A stretch of DNA of 64,000 nt from an uncultured Alphaproteobacteria bacterium (GCA_963848205.1 CAWKCV010000002.1:195817-259816); one strand, 5' to 3'; positions 36,520 through 50,650 are shown, counted from the stretch's first letter. Program-made: numbers and translations. The notes: a model not told the origin generated them from the letters alone.

Positions 36520-37958
36520 GAGCTCTGCCGCTCAACATTGGGAAAATCCATTTTGTCGGTATCGGCGGTATCGGCATGTCCGGCATCGCTGAAGTGCTGC
36601 ACACCTTAGGCTACCAAGTGCAGGGTAGCGACATCTCCGACAACGCAAACGTGAAGCGGTTGCGAGAGCAGGGAATGCATGTGGCAATCGGCCATGATGC
36701 AGCTAATTTGCGCGATGCCCAGGTTGTGGTTGTTTCTACGGCTGTGCGCGCGGACAACCCGGAAGTTGTCCACGCCCGGCAGCAGCTTATTCCAGTCGTT
36801 CGGCGCGCTGAGATGCTGGCCGAGTTGATGCGCTTGCGATGGGCAATAGCGGTCGGTGGCACCCACGGTAAGACGACGACGACCAGCCTAGTTGCGGCCG
36901 TTCTGGAAGCCGCACGCCTCGATCCCACCGTTATCAACGGCGGCATCATCGAAGCGTATGGCAGCAATACGCGGCTGGGCGCCGGCGACTGGATGGTGGT
37001 CGAAGCCGATGAAAGCGACGGAAGCTTTCTTCGCCTGCCTGCGACCGTGGCTGTCGTCACCAACATGGATCCGGAGCATCTCGATCATTGGGGAACGGCC
37101 GAGGCGATGACAGCTGGCTACGACCAGTTCGTCAGCAACATCCCCTTCTATGGGTTTGCCGTGTTGTGCATTGATCACCCTGCGGTGCAGGCGATGATAC
37201 CACGAATCGACCGCCGGATCGTGACTTATGGCTTCTCGCCGCAAGCCGACATACGTGGCGAGAATCTGCGGGCAGACAAACTCGGCGCCACGTTTGATGT
37301 TGCGGTAACCGACCGGTTCCGCGGTCGTGGTCGCCGCATGGGACCATTTCGCTTGAGCATGCTCGGCCAACACAATGTACAGAATGCTTTGGCTGCTGTG
37401 GCGGTCGGGTTCGAGATGGAGATCGACGATCAAACTCTGCGCAGTGCATTCGCGAGTTTTCGCGGCGTCAAGCGCAGATTCAGCAAGACAGGGGAAGTTG
37501 GCGGGGTAACGGTCATCGACGATTACGGCCATCATCCCGTGGAGATTGCCGCCGTGCTGAAAGCTGCACGCCAGGCTGGCGCGCGCGACGTTATCGCGGT
37601 TGTGCAGCCACATCGCTACTCCCGCCTAGCTTCGCTATTTACGGAATTTTGCACCTGCATGAACGATGCCGGCACGGTAATTGTTGCCGACGTTTATGCA
37701 GCCGGTGAGGCGCCGATCGCCGGCTGCAACCGCGATGCGTTGGTGGATGGGCTTCGCGCGAGCGGTCATCGCAGTGTTGTTCCATTGGAAACGCCGGAGC
37801 ATCTGCCTGAAATGATCAATGCTATCGCGAAGTCGGGCGATTTCGTGGTCTGCCTGGGCGCCGGCAACATTACAACTTGGGCGCATGCCTTGCCGGGCCA
37901 ACTGACCGAGCTGCAAGGCGTATCCTCGCGCTCTCGTCGCGCAGGTGCCATACCGTGA
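36516..37958 (+). CDS. murC: UDP-N-acetylmuramate--L-alanine ligase
   Basis: 480 aa. [18 protein letters not shown] and [14 protein letters not shown] overlap with murG. Confidence 0.92.
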   Translation: MRALPLNIGKIHFVGIGGIGMSGIAEVLHTLGYQVQGSDISDNANVKRLREQGMHVAIGHDAANLRDAQVVVVSTAVRADNPEVVHARQQLIPVVRRAEMLAELMRLRWAIAVGGTHGKTTTTSLVAAVLEAARLDPTVINGGIIEAYGSNTRLGAGDWMVVEADESDGSFLRLPATVAVVTNMDPEHLDHWGTAEAMTAGYDQFVSNIPFYGFAVLCIDHPAVQAMIPRIDRRIVTYGFSPQADIRGENLRADKLGATFDVAVTDRFRGRGRRMGPFRLSMLGQHNVQNALAAVAVGFEMEIDDQTLRSAFASFRGVKRRFSKTGEVGGVTVIDDYGHHPVEIAAVLKAARQAGARDVIAVVQPHRYSRLASLFTEFCTCMNDAGTVIVADVYAAGEAPIAGCNRDALVDGLRASGHRSVVPLETPEHLPEMINAIAKSGDFVVCLGAGNITTWAHALPGQLTELQGVSSRSRRAGAIP

Positions 37959-38893
37959 TGGCTGAACCGGCGACCACCGATCTTCTCGACATTCTGCCAC
38001 CGGTGGCAGGTCGTATTCAGGCGAACGCCAGTTTGGCCGCCAATACCTGGTTTCGTGTCGGCGGCACAGCGGAGATCCTGTTTCGCCCAGCCAACATTGG
38101 CGACCTGCAAGGTTTTCTCGCTGCCATGCCGATGGACCTGCCTGTCACTATCATCGGTGCCGCCTCCAATCTCATCGTGCGCGATGGCGGCCTGGCAGGG
38201 ATCGTCATCCGGCTGGCGCGTGGTTTTGGCGAAGTCGATATCAAGGACGGTGGTGTCGTCGCAGGAGGCGCTGCATTGGATGCGACAGTTGCTGAGTACG
38301 CGGCCGAGGCAGGACTTACCGGTCTGGAATATCTGTCGGGCATTCCCGGCACAATCGGGGGTGCCGTGGCGATGAATGCCGGTGCCTACGGCGGTGACAT
38401 CGCAAATACGCTCGAATGGGCGGAGATCGTGACGCGACAAGGTGCTTTGCTGCGGCTCTCGGCAGGCGAAATCGGTTTTTCCTATCGCCATTCAGGGCTG
38501 CCGCCCGAGTGTGTCGTGGTGCGCGCACGATTTACGGCACGCCCCGGCGAGCGCACCAGGATTGCCGCCCGCATGGCCGAGATACGTACGAGCCGAGAGG
38601 CCACTCAACCCGTGCGCGCTCGAACTGGCGGGTCCACGTTCCGCAATCCCGAAGGTATGAAGGCTTGGGAGTTGATCGACGCGGCCGGCTGTCGTGGGCT
38701 TACCCGCGGTGGCGCGCAGGTCTCCGAGAAACACTGCAATTTTCTTCTGAACACCGGTCACGCATCTGCCGCTGACCTCGAAGGTTTGGGCGAAGAGGTC
38801 CGTCGTCGTGTGCATGCAATGAGCAGTCTCACGCTGGAATGGGAAATCAAGCGGATCGGTGTGCCTGGATCGCGTCCGGGCGTGTTGGCATGA
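37958..38893 (+). CDS. murB: UDP-N-acetylenolpyruvoylglucosamine reductase
   Basis: ATG 37958 (TGATG with the murC stop). NTWFRVGGTAE, IIGAASNLIVRDGG, GIPGTIGGAVAMNAGAYG, GGSTFRNP. Confidence 0.9.
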   Translation: MAEPATTDLLDILPPVAGRIQANASLAANTWFRVGGTAEILFRPANIGDLQGFLAAMPMDLPVTIIGAASNLIVRDGGLAGIVIRLARGFGEVDIKDGGVVAGGAALDATVAEYAAEAGLTGLEYLSGIPGTIGGAVAMNAGAYGGDIANTLEWAEIVTRQGALLRLSAGEIGFSYRHSGLPPECVVVRARFTARPGERTRIAARMAEIRTSREATQPVRARTGGSTFRNPEGMKAWELIDAAGCRGLTRGGAQVSEKHCNFLLNTGHASAADLEGLGEEVRRRVHAMSSLTLEWEIKRIGVPGSRPGVLA

Positions 38894-39807
38894 TGCGCGT
38901 CGCAGTCTTGTTCGGTGGCATTTCGGCTGAGCGCGACGTAAGCATGTCGAGTGGTGCCGAAGTGATCGGCGCACTGCGCGGCGCCGGATTTAACGTCGTT
39001 CCCATTGAGGTAGGGCACGATCTTGCGGGTGTTCTCGCGGCACTTTCGCCCAAGCCAGATGCAGTCTTCAACGCGCTGCACGGGCGTTTCGGCGAAGATG
39101 GCGTCATCCAGGGCGCACTCGACTGGCTGGGAATTCCCTACACGCATTCCGGCGTGCGCGCGTCTGCGCTCGCGATGGACAAAGCGGCCAGTCGCACCGT
39201 TTTTGCGGCAGCCAATCTACCCATTGCACAAGGGCGCGTGATCGACATCGAGGAGTTCGGACGAGGCGATCCGCTGCCTCGTCCGTATGTCATTAAGCCA
39301 CTGAACGAAGGTTCCTCGGTTGGTGTGTCGATCCTGCAGGATGGTGACAACCGGCGGGAAGAAATTGCCCGCGATTGGCGGTTTGGTCGGCAGGCTCTGG
39401 TAGAAGAGTTCATTCCCGGCCGTGAGCTGACCGTCGGCGTGATGGGCGACCGCGCATTGACAGTTACCGAAATTGCGGCGGCGCACGCTTTCTATGACTA
39501 CGACAGCAAATACGCGGCCGGCGGCTCTGCGCATGAATTGCCGGCTCGCATCCATCCTGAGGCGCATCTGCGAGCGATGGATCTGGCCCTGGCTGCACAC
39601 CGTGCTTTAGGCTGCCGAGGCGCCACACGCACCGATTTTCGCTATGATGATACAGCGGGAGAGCCTGGACGACTGGTTCTGCTCGAAGTCAACACACAGC
39701 CTGGTCTGACGCCAACGTCGTTGTTGCCTGAGCAGGCTGCCTATTGCGGGATCGCGTTTCCCGAACTTTGCACCTGGATGGTGGAGCAGGCAGCATGCCG
39801 CGCGTGA
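38890..39807 (+). CDS. ddl: D-alanine--D-alanine ligase
   Basis: ATG 38890 (ATGA with the murB stop). VAVLFGGISAERDVS, FNALHGRFGEDG, VKPLNEGSSVGV, LEVNTQPGLT. Confidence 0.92.
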   Translation: MMRVAVLFGGISAERDVSMSSGAEVIGALRGAGFNVVPIEVGHDLAGVLAALSPKPDAVFNALHGRFGEDGVIQGALDWLGIPYTHSGVRASALAMDKAASRTVFAAANLPIAQGRVIDIEEFGRGDPLPRPYVIKPLNEGSSVGVSILQDGDNRREEIARDWRFGRQALVEEFIPGRELTVGVMGDRALTVTEIAAAHAFYDYDSKYAAGGSAHELPARIHPEAHLRAMDLALAAHRALGCRGATRTDFRYDDTAGEPGRLVLLEVNTQPGLTPTSLLPEQAAYCGIAFPELCTWMVEQAACRA

Positions 39808-40700
39808 GACGTGAAATCGCACGGCCTAGCCGCATCAAGCTACTGGTGCGGCGGCAGAGACGAAATCTGCGGTTGGGCGCCTTCGCGTTGAGCGGTTTTG
39901 CAATTGTGCTCGCTGGCGTCAGCCTTGCTCATTCTGCGCGAACCGGCGGCGCCGTTGCCGGCCTGGAGCAACGCTTCGGCCGCGAGATCGATCTGCGCGT
40001 CAAGGACATCCGGATCGACGGTCGGTCCAACACGCCGGAAAAGCTGCTGCGCACGGCGCTCGGCGTCAATGTCGGAGATCCCATATTGGGGTTCTCCGTG
40101 GAAGGCGCGCGGGCCCGGATAGAGAGCCTGTCGTGGGTGGAACATGTCGCCGTCGAACGACGTTTGCCGGGCACGATCTATGTCGACGTGACGGAACGGC
40201 GCCCGTTCGCGATATGGCAGTATCAGGGGAAATTCCAGCTCATCGATCGCGGCGGAGAAGTTGTCACTAATGAGGATGTGGCGGAGTTTACCGATCTGCC
40301 GTTGGTGGTGGGGCTAGGCGCGCCGGCGCACGCGTCCGACATGCTGAATGCCCTGGAGCATTCGCCCGACATCAAGCAGCGTGTTGCAGCCATTGTACGT
40401 GTCGGGGAGCGGCGCTGGAATTTGCAGCTCAAAAACAACATGACCGTGATGCTGCCGGAGGGTCACGAAATGGCAGCATTGACGCGGCTCGTGGACATGC
40501 AGTCAAAACAGCAAATCCTGGATCGTCCGTTGGTGTTCATCGACATGCGTCTGCCCGATCGACTGGCTGTGCGTGCGAAGACTGCGGCACCCGGCGGGCC
40601 CGATGCCAAACCGGCGGACGCGAAGGTCAACCCGCCCAGGCCTGTAAACAGCAAACCGGCAGAGCCCGCGCACGATCAACCCGACAGGAGAGCGACTTGA
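39795..40700 (+). CDS. ftsQ: cell division protein FtsQ
   Basis: ATG 39795 overlaps the ddl end by 13 nt. Single transmembrane helix then a POTRA-like region (VKDIRIDGRSNTPEKLL...). Position in the dcw order. Confidence 0.85.
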   Translation: MPRVRREIARPSRIKLLVRRQRRNLRLGAFALSGFAIVLAGVSLAHSARTGGAVAGLEQRFGREIDLRVKDIRIDGRSNTPEKLLRTALGVNVGDPILGFSVEGARARIESLSWVEHVAVERRLPGTIYVDVTERRPFAIWQYQGKFQLIDRGGEVVTNEDVAEFTDLPLVVGLGAPAHASDMLNALEHSPDIKQRVAAIVRVGERRWNLQLKNNMTVMLPEGHEMAALTRLVDMQSKQQILDRPLVFIDMRLPDRLAVRAKTAAPGGPDAKPADAKVNPPRPVNSKPAEPAHDQPDRRAT

Positions 40701-42007
40701 ACGATCTCTCCCGACGCGGTCATCCGCAGCTCCCACCGCAAATACCGGACGGTCCTGCAACCTCGCGGCCGCGCAGTCTGCGAACGGGTCCGTTCGGCGT
40801 GCTCGATATCGGCAGCACGAAAATTGCGTGTCTGATCGGCCGGATCGAATCGGATGGAACATTACGCGCGCTGGGCAGCGGTTTTACCCGTTCACGTGGC
40901 GTGCGTGGCGGCGGCATCACTGACCTCGACGAGGCCGAGCGTGCCATACGCGCGGCCGTAGCGCTGGCCGAAGAGATGGCCGATCAGCGCCTGCGTTCCG
41001 TCACCGTCAATCTATCTTGCGGACATCCGGAAAGTCGACTGTTCAATGTTCAGTGGCCTGTCGGCGGCCGTCAGGTGAGTGAAGCCGATGTACGCCGTGT
41101 CATCAGTGAAGGTCGTGCGCGTGCCGTCACCGACGGGCGCGAGACAATCCATTCACTGCCGGTAAGTTTCGCCGTCGACGAGACGCAAGGCGTGGCGGAT
41201 CCGCGTGGCCACCATTGCGATCAGCTTTCCGCCCGCTTACACGTTGTCGATGCACTCTCGATGGCGCTGCGAAATCTGGGCGCCGCGGTCGGGCGGTGCG
41301 ATTTGGAGATCAGCGAGGTCGTATCGGCGCCTTTCGCGTCCGGACTGTCTTGCCTGGTCGAGGACGAGCGCGAGCTGGGTGCCACAGTGATCGACATGGG
41401 CGGCGGCACCACAGGCTTGGCGGTGTTCGGCGAAGGCCAGTTGCTGCACACCGCTCAATTGCCGATTGGCGGCCAACACGTAACGCGCGATATCGCAGGC
41501 GTGCTCAGCACACCCATCGACAATGCCGAGCGGCTGAAAACACTCTATGGCAACGCGCATGCAAGCCCCGACGATGAGCGTGAGATTCTTGCTGTCCAGC
41601 AGATTGGTGAGGAGGATCACCATTTCGCCAAAATACCGCGCAGCATGGTCGTGGGAATCATCAAGCCGCGGCTTGAGGAAACCTTCGAGATGGTGCGCGA
41701 CAGGCTTGACGGCGCGGGCCTTGGCCGGGCGGCAGGCGTGCGCGTTGTATTGACAGGCGGCGCCAGCCAATTGGTCGGCGTGCGCGACCTTGCTGCCGCC
41801 GTGCTCAACCGTCCTGTGCGACTCGGGCGACCAGGCGGCATGCGGGGACTGCCGGAGGCTGCGGCCGGACCTGCCTTTGCGACCGCCATCGGCCTGCTGA
41901 ATTGGGCTGCAGGCGAGGGCCGCTCCTTGCACGATATCGGTTTGGAAACCCAGCGCAGGGGTGGATTTCTGCAGCGCATCGTCGATTTTTTACGCGAGCG
42001 AATCTGA
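40697..42007 (+). CDS. ftsA: cell division protein FtsA
   Basis: 436 aa. TTG start in TTGA overlap with the ftsQ stop. Actin-like fold motifs (VLDIGSTKIACLIG, IDMGGGTTGLAVF, LTGGASQL). Confidence 0.9.
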   Translation: MNDLSRRGHPQLPPQIPDGPATSRPRSLRTGPFGVLDIGSTKIACLIGRIESDGTLRALGSGFTRSRGVRGGGITDLDEAERAIRAAVALAEEMADQRLRSVTVNLSCGHPESRLFNVQWPVGGRQVSEADVRRVISEGRARAVTDGRETIHSLPVSFAVDETQGVADPRGHHCDQLSARLHVVDALSMALRNLGAAVGRCDLEISEVVSAPFASGLSCLVEDERELGATVIDMGGGTTGLAVFGEGQLLHTAQLPIGGQHVTRDIAGVLSTPIDNAERLKTLYGNAHASPDDEREILAVQQIGEEDHHFAKIPRSMVVGIIKPRLEETFEMVRDRLDGAGLGRAAGVRVVLTGGASQLVGVRDLAAAVLNRPVRLGRPGGMRGLPEAAAGPAFATAIGLLNWAAGEGRSLHDIGLETQRRGGFLQRIVDFLRERI

Positions 42008-42086
42008 GCGCGTCGCGTAGGAACCTAACTCACCGCCGTCAACACCAAACCCTGGCTGCTAAAGCCGATCCGAAAGGGACCCGAAG

Positions 42087-43592
42087 ATGACCCTGAACCT
42101 CACGATTCCACAAACACTGCATACCGATTTTACGCCGCGCATCACGGTCATCGGCGTAGGCGGCGGTGGAACGAATGCCGTTGACAACATGATCCAGCTG
42201 AACCTGCAGGGTGTGGATTTCGTCGTCGCCAATACCGACGCGCAGCAATTGATGCACAGCAAGTCCGACCGCCGGATCCAGTTGGGCCCGCATCTCACGC
42301 AAGGGCTCGGTGCCGGTGCCAAGCCGGAAATCGGGCGCGCCGCGGCCGAAGAAGCCGGTGACGAACTGGCGCGTCATATGGATGGCGCGCACATGGTGTT
42401 CATCACCGCGGGCATGGGTGGCGGGACCGGTACGGGTGCGGCGCCGGTTATCGCACGCATGGCACGCGAGCGCGGCATTCTCACCGTCGGTGTCGTCACC
42501 AAGCCCTTCACATTCGAGGGCATGCGGCGCGCACGCGCGGCGGACCAGGGCATTGCCGAGTTGCAGCAATATGTCGACACGCTGATCGTCATCCCAAATC
42601 AGAATCTCTTTCGACTGGCCAACGAGAAAACCGGTTGGAAAGAAGCCTTCAAGATGGCCGATCACGTGCTCTATATGGGCGTGCGTGGGGTGACCGACCT
42701 TATGATGGCGCCGGGCTTGGTCAATCTCGACTTTGCCGACATCCGCACGGTCATGGCGGAAATGGGAAAAGCAATGATGGGCACAGGCGAAGCCGAAGGC
42801 GAGAACCGCGCCATCCGCGCCGCCGAAGCGGCCATCAGCAATCCGCTGCTCGAAGACACCAGCATGGCCGGTGCGCGTGGCCTGCTGATCAACATCACCG
42901 GCGGCGAAGACATGACGCTGTTCGAAGTCGACCAGGCTGCCAACCGCATTCGCGAGGAAGTGGCCGAAGACGCGAACATCATCTTCGGCAGTGCTGTCGA
43001 TGACGAACTTGCCGGGCGCATCCGCGTCTCCGTCGTGGCCACCGGCATCGACACCGTTCAATCGCACACCATCGATACAGCAGCGATCGGACCACGGCTG
43101 GTAGCCGTCGGCGGCAATCCCGGACGTCCGGAGCGCGCTCCGCCCTCGCAGAATCCGGTGCATACTGTCGGCAGCCTGATCCCGCCCCGCGTGCCGGTCG
43201 GCAACCAGGCAACCGCCGTGGTCTACGTGCCCGACGAAGAGCAGCCCGACGCGCAGGCTGCGGTGGCACAGGCGACATCGCTGGTGCAGGCAGCGGCACC
43301 TGTATCCCCACCGCAGCCACGCGCCGTTGCGGTTTCTCACCCGCTTTTCACCGGCCCCACCATCGACACGCCCGCGCAGCGCGCCAGCCTGTTCGGCAAG
43401 GTGACCGGCGCATTCAAGCGTGGCGCGACGCCGGCTCCGCTGGGGACCGAGGAGCAGCCGGACCTGCGTCGGGCGGAGCCTCGTCAGGCGGCCTCGGTCA
43501 AGGAACCCGCGCCGCAAGTGCGTGCTTCCTTGAGCGAAGCTGAACAAGGCGGTCTCGACATACCCGCCTTCTTACGCCGGCAATCTTCATAA
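42087..43592 (+). CDS. ftsZ: cell division GTPase FtsZ
   Basis: 501 aa. [10 protein letters not shown], tubulin signature [10 protein letters not shown], long disordered linker and C-terminal peptide DIPAFLRRQ. Confidence 0.97.
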   Translation: MTLNLTIPQTLHTDFTPRITVIGVGGGGTNAVDNMIQLNLQGVDFVVANTDAQQLMHSKSDRRIQLGPHLTQGLGAGAKPEIGRAAAEEAGDELARHMDGAHMVFITAGMGGGTGTGAAPVIARMARERGILTVGVVTKPFTFEGMRRARAADQGIAELQQYVDTLIVIPNQNLFRLANEKTGWKEAFKMADHVLYMGVRGVTDLMMAPGLVNLDFADIRTVMAEMGKAMMGTGEAEGENRAIRAAEAAISNPLLEDTSMAGARGLLINITGGEDMTLFEVDQAANRIREEVAEDANIIFGSAVDDELAGRIRVSVVATGIDTVQSHTIDTAAIGPRLVAVGGNPGRPERAPPSQNPVHTVGSLIPPRVPVGNQATAVVYVPDEEQPDAQAAVAQATSLVQAAAPVSPPQPRAVAVSHPLFTGPTIDTPAQRASLFGKVTGAFKRGATPAPLGTEEQPDLRRAEPRQAASVKEPAPQVRASLSEAEQGGLDIPAFLRRQSS

Positions 43593-43692
43593 CGAACGCG
43601 TATCGGCTACTGCGGCTGCTCTTTGAGCGACGCACAAGATGCCGTAAAACCAACGTCTTATAGCGTAACATGCGGCAATAATGATTGACTGG

Positions 43693-43736
43693 AAGACCGA
43701 GTGGGGGTGCGCTACCCCTCCACTCGGTCTTTATGC
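43693..43736 (+). terminator. strong hairpin plus short T-run downstream of ftsZ (putative end of the dcw transcript)
   Basis: AAGACCGAGTGGGGGTgcgcTACCCCTCCACTCGGTCTT followed by TAT. 11-12 bp outer stem plus an inner GGGGT/ACCCC stem with one bulge. 100 nt after the ftsZ stop. Confidence 0.5.
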
Positions 43737-43826
43737 TTCCAGAGTGCGCGTTTCGCCCGCGTGACCTTCGGCTCCGACCCGGCCGAAATTGCACCTGGAC
43801 AAAGTAGAAGGTTCGCGACGCACCCG

Positions 43827-44774
43827 ATGGATGGCATGACGGACATCGCGATCGACGATCTCGCAACCCAACAGCAGACATTGAAGTCCGCTATCTCCTG
43901 TGTCGGCGTAGGCTTGCACAGCGGCCAGCGTGTGCATCTCTCGTTGCTGCCGGCGCCGGTTGACACCGGCATCGTGTTCCGGCGAACCGACCTGGGCATC
44001 GACATCAAGGCCTCGGCCTTGCTTGTGTCCGACACAAGGCTCTGCACGCAAATCAGCCACCCGGACCATCCAGAAGCCTGCGTGCGCACAGTCGAGCATG
44101 TGATGGCAGCGCTCTGCGGCCTCGGAATCGACAACGTGGTAGTGGCGCTCGACGGGCCGGAAGTGCCCGTCCTGGACGGATCCTCGGCGCCTTTCGTGTT
44201 CCTGATCGACTGCGCCGGGCGACAGGTTCAGCCCGCATCACGCCAGGTGATCGAAGTGCTGCGCCCAGTTTCCGTCAGTCTGGGCGAAGCGACGGCCGAG
44301 CTGCGACCGGGGGCCGCTCGCCTCGACATGTCGATGACCATCGATTTCAAGGCGACCGCCATTGGCCGCCAGGCACTCTCGCTATCGCTGACCGAACAAG
44401 GGTTCCGCCAGGTCCTCGCCTCCGCCCGCACATTCGCCATGCTGGCTGAAATCGAAGCGTTGCAAGCTTCCGGTCTTGCCCGCGGCGGCAGCCTCGAGAA
44501 CGCGGTCGTCGTCGATGGCGCACGCATCCTCAACCCCGGCGGGCTTCGCGCCCACGACGAATTCGTGCGTCACAAGATGCTGGACGCGGTGGGCGACCTC
44601 GGGATGGCCGGCGCGGCAATCCACGGGCGTTTCATCGCCAGCCGCGGCGGGCACGCGCTCAACAACAAGCTGGTCCGGGCGTTGCTGGCCGACGAGCGGG
44701 CCTGGCGGATGGTAAGTTTGGAGCAGGCTGGGTGGTCGCAAGCCACCTACTTGCGTGGAGCGCAGGCGGCCTAG
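43827..44774 (+). CDS. lpxC: UDP-3-O-acyl-N-acetylglucosamine deacetylase
   Basis: ATG 43827 (or 43836) within ORF 43701... QQTLKSAISCVGVGLHSGQRVHLSL, VEHVMAAL, HKMLDAVGDL. Confidence 0.92.
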   Translation: MDGMTDIAIDDLATQQQTLKSAISCVGVGLHSGQRVHLSLLPAPVDTGIVFRRTDLGIDIKASALLVSDTRLCTQISHPDHPEACVRTVEHVMAALCGLGIDNVVVALDGPEVPVLDGSSAPFVFLIDCAGRQVQPASRQVIEVLRPVSVSLGEATAELRPGAARLDMSMTIDFKATAIGRQALSLSLTEQGFRQVLASARTFAMLAEIEALQASGLARGGSLENAVVVDGARILNPGGLRAHDEFVRHKMLDAVGDLGMAGAAIHGRFIASRGGHALNNKLVRALLADERAWRMVSLEQAGWSQATYLRGAQAA

Positions 44775-44818
44775 AAAGCAAGCAGTCCTTTTTGCGAAAA
44801 GGGACCAAAAACTTTTGC
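44775..44818 (-). repeat. palindromic intergenic element, copy H (reverse)
   Basis: aaagcaagcaGTCCTTTTtgcgAAAAGGGACcaaaaacttttgc, starting immediately after the lpxC TAG stop. Confidence 0.85.
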
Positions 44819-44868
44819 GACTTGGCTGCTACTCGCGTTTGGCTGGCGGTTTGGTGTAAGCAGGCCTG

Positions 44869-45732
44869 ATGATCGTCATGCGCCTTTTTGCACCTCTGCT
44901 ACTCGTCGCCGCCCTGGGCGGCTGCGCGACCATTCACAAGGTGCTGCCCTTCACCGCGGAAGACGACACGCCGAAGGTCAATCTGGCCGACGAGCCGCCG
45001 GACCAGCTCTACAGCAACGGCGTCGACGCGCTTCAGCATGGCAACTACACGACAGCCGTGAAGCATTTCGATGCTATCCAGCAGAACTACCCCTACTCTA
45101 GCTGGGGCACCAACGCACAGCTGATGGAAGGCTACACCGAGTATCGGCGCGACAACTACACCGAGTCGGTCTCCCAACTCGACCGTTTCATTGCGCTGCA
45201 TCCGGCGAACAAGGATGTCGCCTACGTCTATTACCTGCGCGCGCTATGTTACTACGAGCAGATCGCCGACATCTCCCGCGACCAGAAAGGTACGCAGGAA
45301 GCGATGGCCGCCTTGCAGGAGGTGGTCAACCGCTTCCCCGACAGCGCCTATGCACGTGATGCTAGGCTGAAGATCGACCTTTGCCGCGATCATCTGGCCG
45401 GCAAAGAGATGGAAATCGGTCGCTATTACGAGAAGCAGCATCTCTACGCCGCCGCTATCGGCCGCTACCAGCGCGTGATCGACGATTTCCAGACCACCAA
45501 TCACACGCCGGAAGCGCTCTCACGCCTGACTGAAGTCTATCTCAAGCTCGGTCTGGTGGGCGAAGCCAAGAAGACAGCCTCGGTGCTGGCCTTCAACTAT
45601 CCCGGCAGCCACTGGTACGAGAATAGCTGGAACGACATGGTGCAGGTCGGCGCGGTCAGCGGCACGCAAGTGACGAACAACACGCCCGACCGGCCAGGTT
45701 TTTTCACCCGCACCTTCGGCTGGATCTTCTGA
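44869..45732 (+). CDS. bamD: outer membrane protein assembly factor BamD (lipoprotein)
   Basis: 287 aa. Lipobox LVAALGGC, TPR-like repeats, and typical BamD segments (YAYYLRALCYYEQI, RYYEKQHLYAAAIGRYQ). Confidence 0.88.
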   Translation: MIVMRLFAPLLLVAALGGCATIHKVLPFTAEDDTPKVNLADEPPDQLYSNGVDALQHGNYTTAVKHFDAIQQNYPYSSWGTNAQLMEGYTEYRRDNYTESVSQLDRFIALHPANKDVAYVYYLRALCYYEQIADISRDQKGTQEAMAALQEVVNRFPDSAYARDARLKIDLCRDHLAGKEMEIGRYYEKQHLYAAAIGRYQRVIDDFQTTNHTPEALSRLTEVYLKLGLVGEAKKTASVLAFNYPGSHWYENSWNDMVQVGAVSGTQVTNNTPDRPGFFTRTFGWIF

Positions 45733-45763
45733 GTGGCGTGACGAGAAGCGGCCTGCCTCCACC

Positions 45764-47443
45764 GTGCTGAGGTCGCTTGCCATACGCGATGTGGTCCTCA
45801 TCGAGCGGCTTGATCTGTCGTTCGGCGCCGGCCTGACTGTGCTGACCGGCGAGACCGGTGCCGGCAAATCGATCCTGCTCGACAGTCTGGGTCTGGCGCT
45901 GGGTGCACGGTCCGATGCCGGGCTGATACGCGCCGGCGCCGAACAGGCCAGCGTAGCCGCCAGTTTCGCGCCTCCCGTCGGTCATCCGATCCACGCTCTG
46001 CTCGATGAATTGGGGCTACCGGACGAGGACGAACTGGTGTTGCGCCGCGCGGTGGCACGCGACGGCCGTTCGCGCGCCTGGGTGAACGATGCGCCGGTGG
46101 GTGCCGCCACGCTGAAGCGCGTCGCGGCTTTTCTGGTGGAGGTGCAAGGCCAGCACGACCAGATGGGCCTTGCCGATCCGGCAATGCATCTCCGCCTGCT
46201 CGACGCTTACGGTGTCTCTGCCGACCTGCGCGCCGAAGTTGCCGCCCGCCATCGCGCCTGGCGTGCGGCGGTGGAGCGCCTGCAGGCGGCGCAGGCGGCG
46301 ATCCTGGATGCCAAGCGCGAGGAGGAGTTCCTGCGGCACGCGGCCGGCGAGCTCGACCGGCTGGCGCCGCGCACCGGCGAAGAGGATGAGTTGGCCGCCT
46401 TGCGCCACCGCTTGCAACAAGGTGAGAAACGCGCCGAAGCGATCGCCAGCGCGCTTGCCGACCTCGCACCGCGCGACCGGCGCAACAGCGGGCCAGCCGC
46501 CAGCCTGCGCTCGGCCGCGCGCACCCTGCAACGATTGGTGCCGGCCGGATCGGACGCCGACAATCCCGCTCATGCAGCGCTGATAGCCCTCGAACGGGCT
46601 GAAGAAGCTCTGGCCGAGGGCGAGACGCTGCTCAGCCGGCTCGCGGCTGAATCCGACGACGATCCGCGCGCCCTCGAACAGGCAGAGGAGCGGCTGTTCG
46701 CGCTGCGCGGCGCGGCGCGCAAGCATGGCGTCCCCGTTGTGGAATTGCCGGCATTGCTAGCCAGCTTGCGTGATCGGCTGAAGGCGCTCGACCAGGGCGA
46801 TGCCTCCGTGGCGGCACTCACGGTCGAGAGCGCCCAGGCGCGGGCGCGGTATGTGGAGGCCGCCGAGCGGCTTTCTGCCGTGCGACACGACGCAGCCGAA
46901 CGGCTGGAGGCAGCGGCCAATGCAGAATTGCCGCCGTTGCGCCTGGAACGTGCGCGTTTTTTCGCCGCCATCACGCGCCTCGACGAGGAAGCCTGGGGTG
47001 CCGCCGGTGCCGATACGGTGCGCTTCCTGATCGCGACCAATCCGGGCCAGCCGCCTGGTCCGCTCGGCCGCGTGGCCTCCGGCGGCGAGCTTTCACGGCT
47101 GATGCTGGCGCTGAAAGTGGTGTTGGTGGCCGGCTCGCCGGTCGGTACCTTGGTATTCGACGAGGTCGATAGCGGCATCGGCGGTGCGACGGCGGCCGCC
47201 GTCGGCGAGCGCGTGGCGCGCGTGGCGTCTGATGTGCAAGTGCTCGTGGTGACGCATTCGCCGCAGGTCGCCGCGCGCGGGGCAGCACATCTGCGCGTGA
47301 GCAAGGCCGTGTCGGACGGACGGACGGAGACCAAGGTGCAGAGTCTCGGCGCTGAGGAACGACGTGAGGAGATTGCGCGTATGTTGGCAGGTGAGACGAT
47401 TACGCCGGCGGCTCGGGCAGCGGCGGAGGCGTTGCTTGGGTAG
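45764..47443 (+). CDS. recN: DNA repair protein RecN
   Basis: 559 aa. GTG start. MLRSLAIRDVVLIERLDLSF, Walker A GETGAGKS, long coiled coil, C-terminal SGGELSR and VFDEVDSGIGG. Confidence 0.93.
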   Translation: MLRSLAIRDVVLIERLDLSFGAGLTVLTGETGAGKSILLDSLGLALGARSDAGLIRAGAEQASVAASFAPPVGHPIHALLDELGLPDEDELVLRRAVARDGRSRAWVNDAPVGAATLKRVAAFLVEVQGQHDQMGLADPAMHLRLLDAYGVSADLRAEVAARHRAWRAAVERLQAAQAAILDAKREEEFLRHAAGELDRLAPRTGEEDELAALRHRLQQGEKRAEAIASALADLAPRDRRNSGPAASLRSAARTLQRLVPAGSDADNPAHAALIALERAEEALAEGETLLSRLAAESDDDPRALEQAEERLFALRGAARKHGVPVVELPALLASLRDRLKALDQGDASVAALTVESAQARARYVEAAERLSAVRHDAAERLEAAANAELPPLRLERARFFAAITRLDEEAWGAAGADTVRFLIATNPGQPPGPLGRVASGGELSRLMLALKVVLVAGSPVGTLVFDEVDSGIGGATAAAVGERVARVASDVQVLVVTHSPQVAARGAAHLRVSKAVSDGRTETKVQSLGAEERREEIARMLAGETITPAARAAAEALLG

Positions 47444-47444
47444 G

Positions 47445-47486
47445 GAAGGCCTTCTTTTTTGAAAAAAGGAAGCAAGAAACTTTTGC
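47445..47486 (-). repeat. palindromic intergenic element, copy I (reverse)
   Basis: gaaggCCTTCTTTTTTgAAAAAAGGAAGcaagaaacttttgc, 1 nt after the recN stop. Inverted pair with copy J. Confidence 0.8.
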
Positions 47487-47511
47487 TCCGCTGTCGCGCG
47501 CTGGTGAATAA

Positions 47512-50650
<3,139 letters not shown>

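Noticed and set aside
45733-45763. Alphaproteobacterial SOS box (GTTC-N7-GTTC) expected upstream of recN
   Set aside because: I did not find the motif in the 31-nt bamD-recN spacer or in the adjacent bamD 3' end, so no LexA site is reported.
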